This document shows, piece by piece, positions 26,162-34,136 of a stretch of 34,136 nucleotides of DNA (position 1 is the first letter of the stretch; every line of letters begins with the position of its first letter). Source of the DNA: a virus (lineage: Duplodnaviria; Caudoviricetes); the IMG/VR virus record IMGVR_UViG_3300033067_001496, positions 1-34,136 of that record; one strand, 5' to 3'. Under the pieces are notes generated by a model. It saw only the letters and a list, made by a program, of their open reading frames with translations. It ran no database searches and had not been told where the DNA came from. Position numbers and translations under genes: made by a program.

Positions 26162-26809
26162 TTAAATTCCTATGACGTTATCCCTTGGTTGATATTGTGG
26201 CCTATATATTTCTTCTTGTTCATAAGCTACCGGTCGTTCTGTCTGATACATCTGCCACCCTATTGCAGGAGCAAAAACCCCATCATCGTGTGTTCCTTTA
26301 GCCGCTTCGGGTCTCCCCATAGAACCTTTTACAAATGTTTTATGATGATCTAAAAGCCTTTTATCATAGATAGTTACTACGTGACTATCAAACGCTTCTT
26401 TCCAATCTCCTAACAAGTATGGCCTTGTACTTGAGTCTGTACTCCAACCTAGCATTGTTGATTCTTCTTCACCATCGGTTTTTCCCCGCTTTTTCATTAC
26501 GTATAATCTGTATTTATTCAATCTGTTTAAAACCCTAAAACGTTCCATTTCACTTGCCCCACCGTTGTTCCTTTCAAGACCGATTATTGGAAGTATTCCA
26601 GTCAAATCACATAGATATTCTAACGCTGGATGTATATCGGCAGTCATCGTTGCAGCTACATTTTCATTCCAGTAAACAATCGGGAAGTCAAGTTTTTCAT
26701 AACTCATAAAGGGAATACAGTTGAAATCTCCTCCACCTTGAGCACAATCACCAGGTACAAGAATAAACTCACCTCGTTCTATTTTTCTATAGACTCTGAA
26801 CTCGCCCAT
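26162..26809 (-). CDS. Terminase large subunit, nuclease domain
   Basis: GDCAQGGGD, LERNNGG, GW.T...RP, HDD.V.A; AAAGGA 5 nt before ATG 26809 (alternative ATG 26815). Confidence 0.85.
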   Translation of the reverse strand: MGEFRVYRKIERGEFILVPGDCAQGGGDFNCIPFMSYEKLDFPIVYWNENVAATMTADIHPALEYLCDLTGILPIIGLERNNGGASEMERFRVLNRLNKYRLYVMKKRGKTDGEEESTMLGWSTDSSTRPYLLGDWKEAFDSHVVTIYDKRLLDHHKTFVKGSMGRPEAAKGTHDDGVFAPAIGWQMYQTERPVAYEQEEIYRPQYQPRDNVIGI

Positions 26810-27797
26810 AAACATCCTTTAATATTGAACCTACTTTTAGTGGTTCTATTATTTTACCTGTGTAATACATAATTGCTTCTTTTGTAAAATATGGATCTCC
26901 ACCGAGTAAGAACGCCTCAACATCGTATGTTGGATATTCTCTTAACTCTTCGAGATCTAGTAGTTCTCTGGTTTTTTTAAAATGCCAATAGCATTGATCC
27001 ACTTTTACATTATTTTCGTTTCTAATCTGATCGTAATATATTGGTGGTTCCCATCCTTCTGGAGCCGGAGAACTATATTCATCGTGAAGATACCATGCAA
27101 AAAATCTACTTTTATATTCTGCTCCTGGCTTTTTACCTATCTCATACTCAGTATGAAAATAATCTCCCGATAGGTTTCCGGTTGACTCTCTAATTATCTT
27201 CCCAAAACCGTCTTTAACTTGTTTTGATGCCCCAACAACAAGCTTTTTAGCATTAATCACCTCTGTATTAGGATAAAATGCTATCTCAGTGAATAAAAGG
27301 TTTTGTTTCGTACCTCCTCTTCCTGATACCTTGGCGCTTGCTGTCTGTGTGGCGAATATTGATTCTTTTAGTCCAACTATTTGAGATCCCTGTTCATCAG
27401 CTTTAAGTAAGGATTTGCGTATTTTTAATATGTCTTGTTCATTATCAGTCTGATATGCACGTTTTATCCAAGAATTAAAATAATAGCTCATTCTACTGAA
27501 GTGAACTAAAGTCTCATCATCCTTATGAGAGTATACGTCTGAAAATGTAATAGGTATTTCACCCATCTCTGAAAGTATAAAATCTACCGTAAACATTGCT
27601 ACCGTCATAGAAGATCCACCCCACTGTCGAAACTTAGTCCAGTTTTCTCTAATGCCTTTAAAATCTGGATAATCTTTCTCTAACAATCCGTATACGTAAT
27701 TTTGTGTATCATTAAATACAAACGGAATAGGTTCACCTTCTTTGCTAATTAAATCAAAGTTATCTTCTATAAATTCTTTATAGTCTATATATTTCAT
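26787..27797 (-). CDS. Terminase large subunit, ATPase domain
   Basis: FN.TQ, KFRQWGGS (Walker A variant), GRGGT, LLFTEIAF (Walker B), EST, F.AWY, EYP...EAF. Confidence 0.85.
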   Translation of the reverse strand: MKYIDYKEFIEDNFDLISKEGEPIPFVFNDTQNYVYGLLEKDYPDFKGIRENWTKFRQWGGSSMTVAMFTVDFILSEMGEIPITFSDVYSHKDDETLVHFSRMSYYFNSWIKRAYQTDNEQDILKIRKSLLKADEQGSQIVGLKESIFATQTASAKVSGRGGTKQNLLFTEIAFYPNTEVINAKKLVVGASKQVKDGFGKIIRESTGNLSGDYFHTEYEIGKKPGAEYKSRFFAWYLHDEYSSPAPEGWEPPIYYDQIRNENNVKVDQCYWHFKKTRELLDLEELREYPTYDVEAFLLGGDPYFTKEAIMYYTGKIIEPLKVGSILKDVYGRVQSL

Positions 27798-28183
27798 TTT
27801 TCTTTAATGTATTTATTTGAGTTAAACTGAATTGCTATAGATGGGCCTTGTTTATCCTGAAGATTTCCTACTCGTTGTTGCATACTCTTCCAATAATTAA
27901 AATCTCTTTTTCCGTTCTTCATTCCTATCACGTCTAATCGCCACGCATGACCTTTGAGTTTTCTATCCCACTCTGCATTAAACCACTCAATAAATCCTTT
28001 TAGATCAAGCCATTTGTACCAGTTTGTTCTATCTATTCCACTTTTCTCTGAGATATCTGTTGGGGAATCTGTTTCTAATTGCATTGCTGTGTCAAGCCAA
28101 ACGATCATGTGGGGTGTCGGGGTGAAGACGTCGCTTTTTGTTGACTCAATCGACTCTACGGGTAGTGTAGGGGTATCACTCAT
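27794..28183 (-). CDS. Terminase small subunit (HTH)
   Basis: DISEKSGIDRTNWYKW..F HTH; ATGA overlap with the large subunit. Confidence 0.7.
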   Translation of the reverse strand: MSDTPTLPVESIESTKSDVFTPTPHMIVWLDTAMQLETDSPTDISEKSGIDRTNWYKWLDLKGFIEWFNAEWDRKLKGHAWRLDVIGMKNGKRDFNYWKSMQQRVGNLQDKQGPSIAIQFNSNKYIKEK

Positions 28184-28359
28184 ATTCGCTCTTCCTCTCT
28201 GATTATAACAGACACAGTCAACTCAGTTCTAACAGGCAAAGCCATGAGTTTTGCAACATTTAGTTGTTCGTATTCTCCGGTATAAAACGTGATGGAGTAT
28301 CCATCATCTGCATTAGGACCAGATACTTTTAATTTGTCTGATTTAAATTCTAGCTTCAT
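28180..28359 (-). CDS. Hypothetical protein, 59 aa (below cutoff)
   Basis: MKLEFKSDKLKVSGPNADDGYSITFYTGEYEQ...; ATGA overlaps at both ends. Confidence 0.7.
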   Translation of the reverse strand: MKLEFKSDKLKVSGPNADDGYSITFYTGEYEQLNVAKLMALPVRTELTVSVIIREEERI

Positions 28360-28538
28360 ATCTTTTCTAGGACTTCAAAAGCCTTCTCCATTTCTTTAAA
28401 TGAGTTGTTCATATGCTCTGAAACCCTATTCATCTCTTTCTTTTCTTTCTCATTAGCTACCCGTCCATTGTATGTGTACGTTTTTGTTACTCTTGGAGCA
28501 AACATTTTATTTAATAAATCTATTATCTGTTGTTTCAT
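28356..28538 (-). CDS. Hypothetical protein
   Basis: 60 aa, SD AAGGA, coupled. Confidence 0.6.
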   Translation of the reverse strand: MKQQIIDLLNKMFAPRVTKTYTYNGRVANEKEKKEMNRVSEHMNNSFKEMEKAFEVLEKI

Positions 28539-28541
28539 ATT

Positions 28542-28640
28542 TTATTCCTTACCTGACCAAAGCATAAGAATAACTGCAAACGGAAATATTGCTCCTATTC
28601 CAAAAGCTGATATATAATCTAGTAAAGTTAATTCAAACAT
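28542..28640 (-). CDS. Small membrane peptide, 32 aa
   Basis: MFELTLLDYISAFGIGAIFPFAVILMLWSGKE fills the gap between neighbours. Confidence 0.45.
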   Translation of the reverse strand: MFELTLLDYISAFGIGAIFPFAVILMLWSGKE

Positions 28641-28647
28641 ATTCTCT

Positions 28648-29037
28648 TTAGGGATTAGACCTGACCTCATATTTAAGCCTAAAATACTCTCTAATATCTA
28701 CATTAAACGGTTCTATGAGATTGAACTTATCCTCAGCTTGTAATTGATAAAACACTTGGACGTTTTCTGAGTCTTCAAACTTTATTGACTTTAAATGCTC
28801 CAAAAACTCCTCAATATCCAATCCATTAAAAGCACCTATGTATACGTTCGTTTCTAGCATCTTTTGACCTCCATACCAATGATTAGGTATAGATTTATCA
28901 TCAGCGGACACTAATCCTTTAGAAGTAGGAAAACTACTAGTATCTTCTTTACTAAAGTAGCTATTTATCTCTTTAATCCTATCTTCCTCGTCTTCTGATA
29001 CTGATAATATTAAAATTACGTTTGTTACTGTACTCAT
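28648..29037 (-). CDS. Hypothetical protein
   Basis: 129 aa, SD GAAGG, ATGA overlap. Confidence 0.7.
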   Translation of the reverse strand: MSTVTNVILILSVSEDEEDRIKEINSYFSKEDTSSFPTSKGLVSADDKSIPNHWYGGQKMLETNVYIGAFNGLDIEEFLEHLKSIKFEDSENVQVFYQLQAEDKFNLIEPFNVDIREYFRLKYEVRSNP

Positions 29038-29615
29038 ATTCCTTCCTTCTTAGATGGAGGGGGAGAGCTAAAAACTTTTAATACATAGAGCACTCCAAAC
29101 AACTCCTTACACCAAACTTCAGCACTTCCCTGAATAGAAATATCGCTTGAAATAATCCAAGGACGAAAGAATAATAAAAGCTTTTTCCATAACGGTATAG
29201 AGCTAACTGCTGTATCAATACTCTCAAATACTGTTCCGGTTGTTTTCAGTTTCTTTTCCATACGCTTCTCCCTGTGTGGGGGATTATATTTTCTATGTAT
29301 TAATCCATGATGAGCACTACATAGCCAAATAACATCAAATGGTTTGTCATAATCAAAATGATGTCCCTGTGATTCAGCGTTCCCACAAATCTCGCAACAT
29401 TCTTTACGAACCTTACCCGATATAACAGCATTTTGAAGACTTTTTCTAACCAGATACTTTTTCCTTTTTTCGTAATTTTTAACATAATTCTTTATATATT
29501 CTTTATTACATTCTCTACATCGGCTAGACATTCCACACGACCTTGAAGAATCTTTTATAAATTCACTTTTAAGTTTGTATTTATTGCAATAATAACAATG
29601 ATACTTTTTTCCCAT
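29034..29615 (-). CDS. Zn-finger/HNH-like protein fused to an unrelated C-terminal region
   Basis: CxxC..CxxC, CEICG..GHH.DY.KP.DV.WLC..HH. Confidence 0.7.
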   Translation of the reverse strand: MGKKYHCYYCNKYKLKSEFIKDSSRSCGMSSRCRECNKEYIKNYVKNYEKRKKYLVRKSLQNAVISGKVRKECCEICGNAESQGHHFDYDKPFDVIWLCSAHHGLIHRKYNPPHREKRMEKKLKTTGTVFESIDTAVSSIPLWKKLLLFFRPWIISSDISIQGSAEVWCKELFGVLYVLKVFSSPPPSKKEGI

Positions 29616-29713
29616 AATTTTCCTTTCCTCATATGTTGGATAAGAGTTAAACTAACATAAAAAGTTATTATTTTTATTTCTTTCTATATTTTCATGATTC
29701 TACCACGTACTTC

Positions 29714-29866
29714 TCAATGGTTAGACTCCATCTTTATCATTACGAACCAATACCCACTATTTTCAAATAAAACCTTAAATTCTTCAATTTTACCTGAGTT
29801 TAGATATTCCATGAGATTACCGGGATAATGCTTTTTGTCAAAACTCATCCAATGCCATCTACTCAT
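29714..29866 (-). CDS. Hypothetical protein, 50 aa
   Basis: MSRWHWMSFDKKHYPG...; SD AAGGAG, ATGA overlap. Confidence 0.5.
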   Translation of the reverse strand: MSRWHWMSFDKKHYPGNLMEYLNSGKIEEFKVLFENSGYWFVMIKMESNH

Positions 29867-30108
29867 ACGTTCTCCTTCTCTAGCCCCTCAATCAAATTAG
29901 CTTCATATACTGATACTGCCATTATCCATAAATCTGGTTCTGGTTTAATACATGATGGTTTATTTGTTTCTATATACTCTTTAAATACTTGAACAGCTAT
30001 ATCTAAATACTTTTTAGACCGGCCATCTATTATGTCCGTATAATTCCAGTATCCTTTCTCAATCATTTTTTCAGTTATCCTCTCTCGTATATCTTTAGAT
30101 GTATCCAT
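29863..30108 (-). CDS. Hypothetical protein
   Basis: 81 aa, SD GGAGG. Confidence 0.65.
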   Translation of the reverse strand: MDTSKDIRERITEKMIEKGYWNYTDIIDGRSKKYLDIAVQVFKEYIETNKPSCIKPEPDLWIMAVSVYEANLIEGLEKENV

Positions 30109-30110
30109 AG

Positions 30111-30305
30111 TTAGACCTCCAAATCATTACAATTAGTTGCATAATCTTTCATGTCTTTTACTTCAACAACATACGTCATCCAGCAATTTCCTGTAGCCTG
30201 ATAAAACCATACATATTCTTTTCCGTCTTCTGCCACATATACAGGTGTTATATTTCCCTGTTTATCTTTCCTCAAATACATTTCTTTAATTTTTATTTTA
30301 TCCAT
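30111..30305 (-). CDS. Hypothetical protein
   Basis: 64 aa, SD-like GAAGGG. Confidence 0.6.
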   Translation of the reverse strand: MDKIKIKEMYLRKDKQGNITPVYVAEDGKEYVWFYQATGNCWMTYVVEVKDMKDYATNCNDLEV

Positions 30306-30334
30306 AGTTACCCTTCTTCTAGAGTGAAACTAGA

Positions 30335-30463
30335 CTAATCCCATTTAGTTGTTTGAACCATCCCGCATTTTAAACACGTTCTTTTAACCCAAATAGTCCA
30401 TATTGCACGATTAAATTCTTTCCATTCTGTCCATTTATGACCAAATATCCAAAAACATCTCAT
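30335..30463 (-). CDS. DUF1660-like small Cys/His protein, 42 aa
   Basis: MRCFWIFGHKW...RTCLKCG. Confidence 0.55.
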   Translation of the reverse strand: MRCFWIFGHKWTEWKEFNRAIWTIWVKRTCLKCGMVQTTKWD

Positions 30464-30481
30464 AACTTTGTATACTATGAA

Positions 30482-30859
30482 CTAGACCTTGTAATATTCT
30501 GGCTTAGGAAATCTACTATTAAACTCTGGGCCGTCACATTCTGTATATTCGACTTCATAAGCATCGTCCCAATACTTTTTTAGTTTTTCTTTATCTGGAA
30601 GATAAGCAACTATTACGGCATAGCTCCCATCTCCAGCATAACCAGTACACCACCAAGGATATTTATAATTAAAAACCAGAGGCCTACAATCATCTACTGA
30701 CTTTGTGTAAAATCTATATCTTTTCCAATTTGGTTTATTCCTAATGTCTCCCTTTTTCATATCTTTATGTTTTACTCGATCGCATACTGTAACAATAATC
30801 TTCTTTCCTCGTATTTCTGATTTACATCCACAATTAAAATGTGTAGTTATAGGTAACAT
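30482..30859 (-). CDS. Hypothetical protein
   Basis: 125 aa, aromatic-rich (YPWWCTGY; F.SRFPKP). Confidence 0.65.
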   Translation of the reverse strand: MLPITTHFNCGCKSEIRGKKIIVTVCDRVKHKDMKKGDIRNKPNWKRYRFYTKSVDDCRPLVFNYKYPWWCTGYAGDGSYAVIVAYLPDKEKLKKYWDDAYEVEYTECDGPEFNSRFPKPEYYKV

Positions 30860-30883
30860 AGTAGTTCTAATGAGAGTACAGGG

Positions 30884-31024
30884 TGAGAGAGACAGGATTT
30901 GAACCTGTAGCGTTCCGGCTATCTTATATTTTCAGGTAATTACTCCTTATTTTTTAAGAAACACCTTCTGTGTTTACCTACCGTCAAGTGTGCACCCCGA
31001 CGGATTATTTTTCACCACTCTCTC
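30884..31024 (-). ncRNA. tRNA-like element with insertions (possibly Leu-TAA derived)
   Basis: Acceptor GAGAGAG/CTCTCTC-A, T arm ACAGG-TTCAAAT-CCTGT, D stem GTG/CAC; 141 nt; anticodon arm non-canonical. Confidence 0.6.
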
Positions 31025-31058
31025 ACTCCATACTCTATATAAAAGAATCTACTTCAAA

Positions 31059-31262
31059 CTAAAACTGATGTACTAAAAAACCTTCAATAAGTTTATATTC
31101 TAACTGATACCAAATTTTTCTTTTCTTTCCACATTCACACTTTTCAAAAACAGCCGTTCCTTCTACCGTATCTATTTGACCTGCAAACCATGTTGTACCC
31201 ACTTCTGGTACTGTTTTGTACTTAATCCACTTATGTCTATGAAACAATTTTTTAATATACAT
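31059..31262 (-). CDS. Small Cys/His protein
   Basis: FHRHKW...KCECG. Confidence 0.6.
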   Translation of the reverse strand: MYIKKLFHRHKWIKYKTVPEVGTTWFAGQIDTVEGTAVFEKCECGKKRKIWYQLEYKLIEGFLVHQF

Positions 31263-31266
31263 AAAA

Positions 31267-31557
31267 CTACTTCAATTTTTTATATTCTTCTTCAAATTTA
31301 ACTTCTGCATCTGCATCATCCATGCCCCATTCTGCCCAATCAATCCTATCAACGAATATATACTTACACTTCTCTTTTTCCTCTTCTCTTGCTTTCGTTA
31401 TCTCTGATTGAATGAACTCCTGTAATTCTAAAAAAAACTTATCTTTTGAAGTAATCTCTACGTGACTACTATGTAAATCTCCCGCACAACATGTTTCTGT
31501 CTTTATATTTTTTAAAATATTTATTAATTTTTCTAATCGTTCAATTACATCACTCAT
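31267..31557 (-). CDS. Hypothetical protein
   Basis: 96 aa, SD AAGGAG, ATGA overlap. Confidence 0.65.
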   Translation of the reverse strand: MSDVIERLEKLINILKNIKTETCCAGDLHSSHVEITSKDKFFLELQEFIQSEITKAREEEKEKCKYIFVDRIDWAEWGMDDADAEVKFEEEYKKLK

Positions 31558-31964
31558 ATATTCTCCTTAAGAATTGAAACTATTTTTTCTGAATGATACT
31601 GTTGAGCTGGTAATCCCATATTGTTTAGATATATGGTTATCAAATGCTCTATCTTTTCCCAATCAATATACGGACTAAGTTTTACCTCACCTGTTACATT
31701 CTCTGTCCCTCGAATAGTATTAGTCTCATATCTACTACCTGGAATAGGCTTGAACTTAAGAGCTTTCTCAAATCGTCCGTCCTTTCCTCTTCTTACCTTC
31801 TTCGCTGTAGAGGCTGCAGCTTTTCTTCCTATAAGACTGAGATTGATACAGCCATTTTTTTCACATATTTCTTGGGTTTCGTCTTCATTCCAGAATTTAA
31901 CTTGTGGCTCATTAGTCCTAAAACTGTGTTTTACCTTGTCTCCTATTCTCCATTCTTCTTTCAT
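31554..31964 (-). CDS. Hypothetical protein
   Basis: 136 aa, ATGA overlaps, RGKDGRF motif. Confidence 0.6.
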   Translation of the reverse strand: MKEEWRIGDKVKHSFRTNEPQVKFWNEDETQEICEKNGCINLSLIGRKAAASTAKKVRRGKDGRFEKALKFKPIPGSRYETNTIRGTENVTGEVKLSPYIDWEKIEHLITIYLNNMGLPAQQYHSEKIVSILKENI

Positions 31965-32356
31965 ACTTCCTCCAATCTTTTAATTAACGCATTGTAATCG
32001 GTCTGAGCGATCTCATTTACATGTACGTGTATATATAGCCATTTCCTAGGAAAGTGCCGTTCTATGAACATTGCAAACTCTGTAGGGTGATGGGTATAGT
32101 ACATGTGGTGGCCACTACAGCCGCATAGTACGTTCTCATCATCCCAGCGTAGTCTTCTGTTAGCTCGTCCGACTATGTGCATGGTTTGTAAGTTACCAGC
32201 ACAGGTTACGTTATCTTTCCCTGCAAGCTCACATACTCCCCGCGAACGGGTTTTTAAAGAGAAAAGAGTGTCAGCCTTTCTTAGGAGAGCTGTCTTAGAC
32301 TGTTTCTTTAATCGTTTTGGTTTAGAGAATTTTAAATTCATAGTTAGTTCAGCCAT
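31961..32356 (-). CDS. NinG/Rap-like HNH nuclease
   Basis: KAD.LFS...R, LQTMHIVGR....RWD..N....C..HH. Confidence 0.75.
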   Translation of the reverse strand: MAELTMNLKFSKPKRLKKQSKTALLRKADTLFSLKTRSRGVCELAGKDNVTCAGNLQTMHIVGRANRRLRWDDENVLCGCSGHHMYYTHHPTEFAMFIERHFPRKWLYIHVHVNEIAQTDYNALIKRLEEV

Positions 32357-32459
32357 TTTTTACAATAATCACAAGACCGCCTAAGTGCTGTAAAAGGTAA
32401 TAAGTGCCATAAGTGTTTTAGTTTTTTCATATGTTTCATAGACGAGACCTTAAAGAGAG

Positions 32460-32753
32460 TTAGGCCATACTTTTATATCTTTCAAAAAATACATCATGTA
32501 ATCTTTTGTTTTTAGCTTTTCTTGTAAATTCACACATACCATCTTCTTCTAAAACGGTTGCGCCATGACTTTGACCACATGACGCACAGATAGCTTCTAC
32601 CCATTCTGGTTTACCTATAGCCTCTGACAGATGAGACATTTTATAAACCTTCCCATCGATACTGTGACCATAGGTAGCGTACTCATCAGCACTTACCCAA
32701 GTTTCTCTCATTGGTCCTAAAGAATTAGTCAAATATCCTCCAAGTGCGGCCAT
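32460..32753 (-). CDS. Hypothetical protein
   Basis: 97 aa, CxxC..H..C. Confidence 0.55.
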   Translation of the reverse strand: MAALGGYLTNSLGPMRETWVSADEYATYGHSIDGKVYKMSHLSEAIGKPEWVEAICASCGQSHGATVLEEDGMCEFTRKAKNKRLHDVFFERYKSMA

Positions 32754-32755
32754 AA

Positions 32756-33136
32756 TTATTTCCCTTTAATAGTTCCTGTTAAGTTAACCGTAGGTAGTTT
32801 ATCTATAAGGTTTTTCACTAAGTTCTTAACATCAATAACGTCTGCATTAAGATCAACTATTCGATCAAGCATTTTCTTTTCTGCCTCAAGTACTGCAACA
32901 TGTTTATTAGCCTCGTTAAGTTGTTTCTGCACAGTCTGTACCTCTTCATCTTTAAAGTGAGTGAGATCAAACTCTTTTTGCTTAATTTCTAATCTATGAT
33001 TAGCCTCAATCTCTTTTACCTTCAAAGCGTTTTCTCTCTTAATTTCCTCTATTTGATTCTCATATTTTTTCTTTATTTCTAAGGAGTTATCAGTCTTTAC
33101 TGTTTCCTCCTTCTTTGATTTATTAAAATTGAACAT
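32756..33136 (-). CDS. Coiled-coil hypothetical protein
   Basis: E/K-rich heptads; SD AAGGA. Confidence 0.7.
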   Translation of the reverse strand: MFNFNKSKKEETVKTDNSLEIKKKYENQIEEIKRENALKVKEIEANHRLEIKQKEFDLTHFKDEEVQTVQKQLNEANKHVAVLEAEKKMLDRIVDLNADVIDVKNLVKNLIDKLPTVNLTGTIKGK

Positions 33137-33159
33137 AATATTCCTTTCTCCTGGGTCTA

Positions 33160-33401
33160 TCCCAGGTAACTAGACCTCATCTTTTTTTAAGTACGTACTT
33201 TTCCATCCTTTTTTCCAAAATTGCCATGGTTTAATCCAATCTACACTCATAAATCCATTTCCATATAACATTGCGTCCCTGTTCATCTTTCGCATAAAGT
33301 AATTCATTGAGTGTCTATAGCGACGTTTCCACCGTATTTCAAACCTTATATTTAATTTTCCAAACCATTTATTTATTCTCATATCCCCTCCCAGGTAACT
33401 A
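33160..33401. repeat. 13-bp direct repeat TCCCAGGTAACTA
   Basis: Copies at 33160-33172 and 33389-33401 flank ORF 33170..33382. Confidence 0.6.
33170..33382 (-). CDS. Small basic hypothetical protein
   Basis: 70 aa, SD GGAGG. Confidence 0.6.
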   Translation of the reverse strand: MRINKWFGKLNIRFEIRWKRRYRHSMNYFMRKMNRDAMLYGNGFMSVDWIKPWQFWKKGWKSTYLKKDEV

Positions 33402-33407
33402 AAGTGA

Positions 33408-33608
33408 CTAGATATTAGAATCTGTACTTGTTAAATTCTTTTCATGACCATCATATAAACTTCTCAATATTTTTAAGTCTTCCCATCCTTTTGTATCACT
33501 AGCAGCTTCTAAAACTTCAATCATAAATTTCCAATCCGACAAAGTCATTGTTATATTCATGGTTACTTCGGTTCTATATGGCTCTTTTGTTTGTATTGTT
33601 GCTTTCAT
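33408..33608 (-). CDS. Hypothetical protein
   Basis: 66 aa, SD GGGAG. Confidence 0.6.
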   Translation of the reverse strand: MKATIQTKEPYRTEVTMNITMTLSDWKFMIEVLEAASDTKGWEDLKILRSLYDGHEKNLTSTDSNI

Positions 33609-33642
33609 ATACTTCTCCCGTCTCCTTCAAGGAAGGAATAAA

Positions 33643-33819
33643 TTACTTAACCTGTTTTATTTTTAATACTGCTTTGTATTTTTTACCGCTTTCAAAGTGC
33701 GTTACCATAGTTTCTTCTTTACTATCAGTTGCGTTTGTTTCGTTCATAAGGGCACAAAACAATTTAGCCGTAGTTACAAAGTGATTTATTATTTCTGGCG
33801 TGCTATCTTTTATACTCAT
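33643..33819 (-). CDS. Hypothetical protein, 58 aa
   Basis: MSIKDSTPEIINHF...; SD AAGGA. Confidence 0.55.
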   Translation of the reverse strand: MSIKDSTPEIINHFVTTAKLFCALMNETNATDSKEETMVTHFESGKKYKAVLKIKQVK

Positions 33820-33878
33820 ATTTTCCTTTCTAACCCCCTCTATAACGCTCTCCTTGGGAGAAGAGCATTAAGAAGAGA

Positions 33879-34061
33879 TTAACGTAAATAATCTAAAACC
33901 TTTCTTATGACTTCTACTGCACTTAATGATTTGAAATTTAGTTCTTCTAAGATTTCCGGATCTTTCTTTTCTTCTCGGTACGGATAAAAAGACGGATCTA
34001 ACTTGATTCCTTTCCTCGTTATTTTTAGTTCAAATTCATAAGTATCTACGTACATTGACAT
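33879..34061 (-). CDS. Hypothetical protein
   Basis: 60 aa, SD AAGGAG. Confidence 0.6.
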   Translation of the reverse strand: MSMYVDTYEFELKITRKGIKLDPSFYPYREEKKDPEILEELNFKSLSAVEVIRKVLDYLR

Positions 34062-34136
34062 ATTGTCTCCTTTACTTTTTTAATATTTTTTTAATCTTCT
34101 TCTCTTCTTCTTTTGTGACATACATAGGAACTACTT

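Noticed and set aside
868-33882. Short shadow ORFs such as 868..1089, 6971..7405, 10504..11091, 22008..22352, 25593..25943, 31621..31997
   Set aside because: Antisense or out-of-frame overlaps of well-supported genes, with no motifs
1-34136. Alternative genetic code or stop-codon recoding
   Set aside because: Code 11 gives dense full-length genes and TAA, TAG and TGA all act as stops; the TGA anticodon reads UCA (Ser), not a stop

Overview
About 34 kb of an AT-rich, standard-code tailed phage or prophage with podovirus-type architecture, almost all on the minus strand. Right to left: small early/accessory ORFs (NinG-like and HNH-like nucleases, a tRNA-like element); small terminase; a large terminase split into ATPase and nuclease ORFs; portal; scaffold; N4-gp56-like major capsid; a glycosyltransferase/methyltransferase/deacetylase cassette; adaptor and nozzle; BNR, LamG and discoidin receptor-binding modules; internal virion proteins (one LPD38-like); and a CHAP lysis cassette, then a plus-strand atypical tRNA. 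Main discovery: six copies (plus a probable seventh at the window edge) of a late-gene control element. Each has a sigma70-like promoter and a roughly 50-60 nt leader RNA whose covarying internal-loop hairpin overlaps an intrinsic terminator, which in five copies ends 0-12 nt before the start codon. This looks like a distributed RNA antitermination regulon; a small YezD/DUF2292-like protein is a candidate trans-acting factor. A monoderm, possibly Patescibacteria (CPR), host is inference only. All family calls come from motif recognition by eye; no searches were run.
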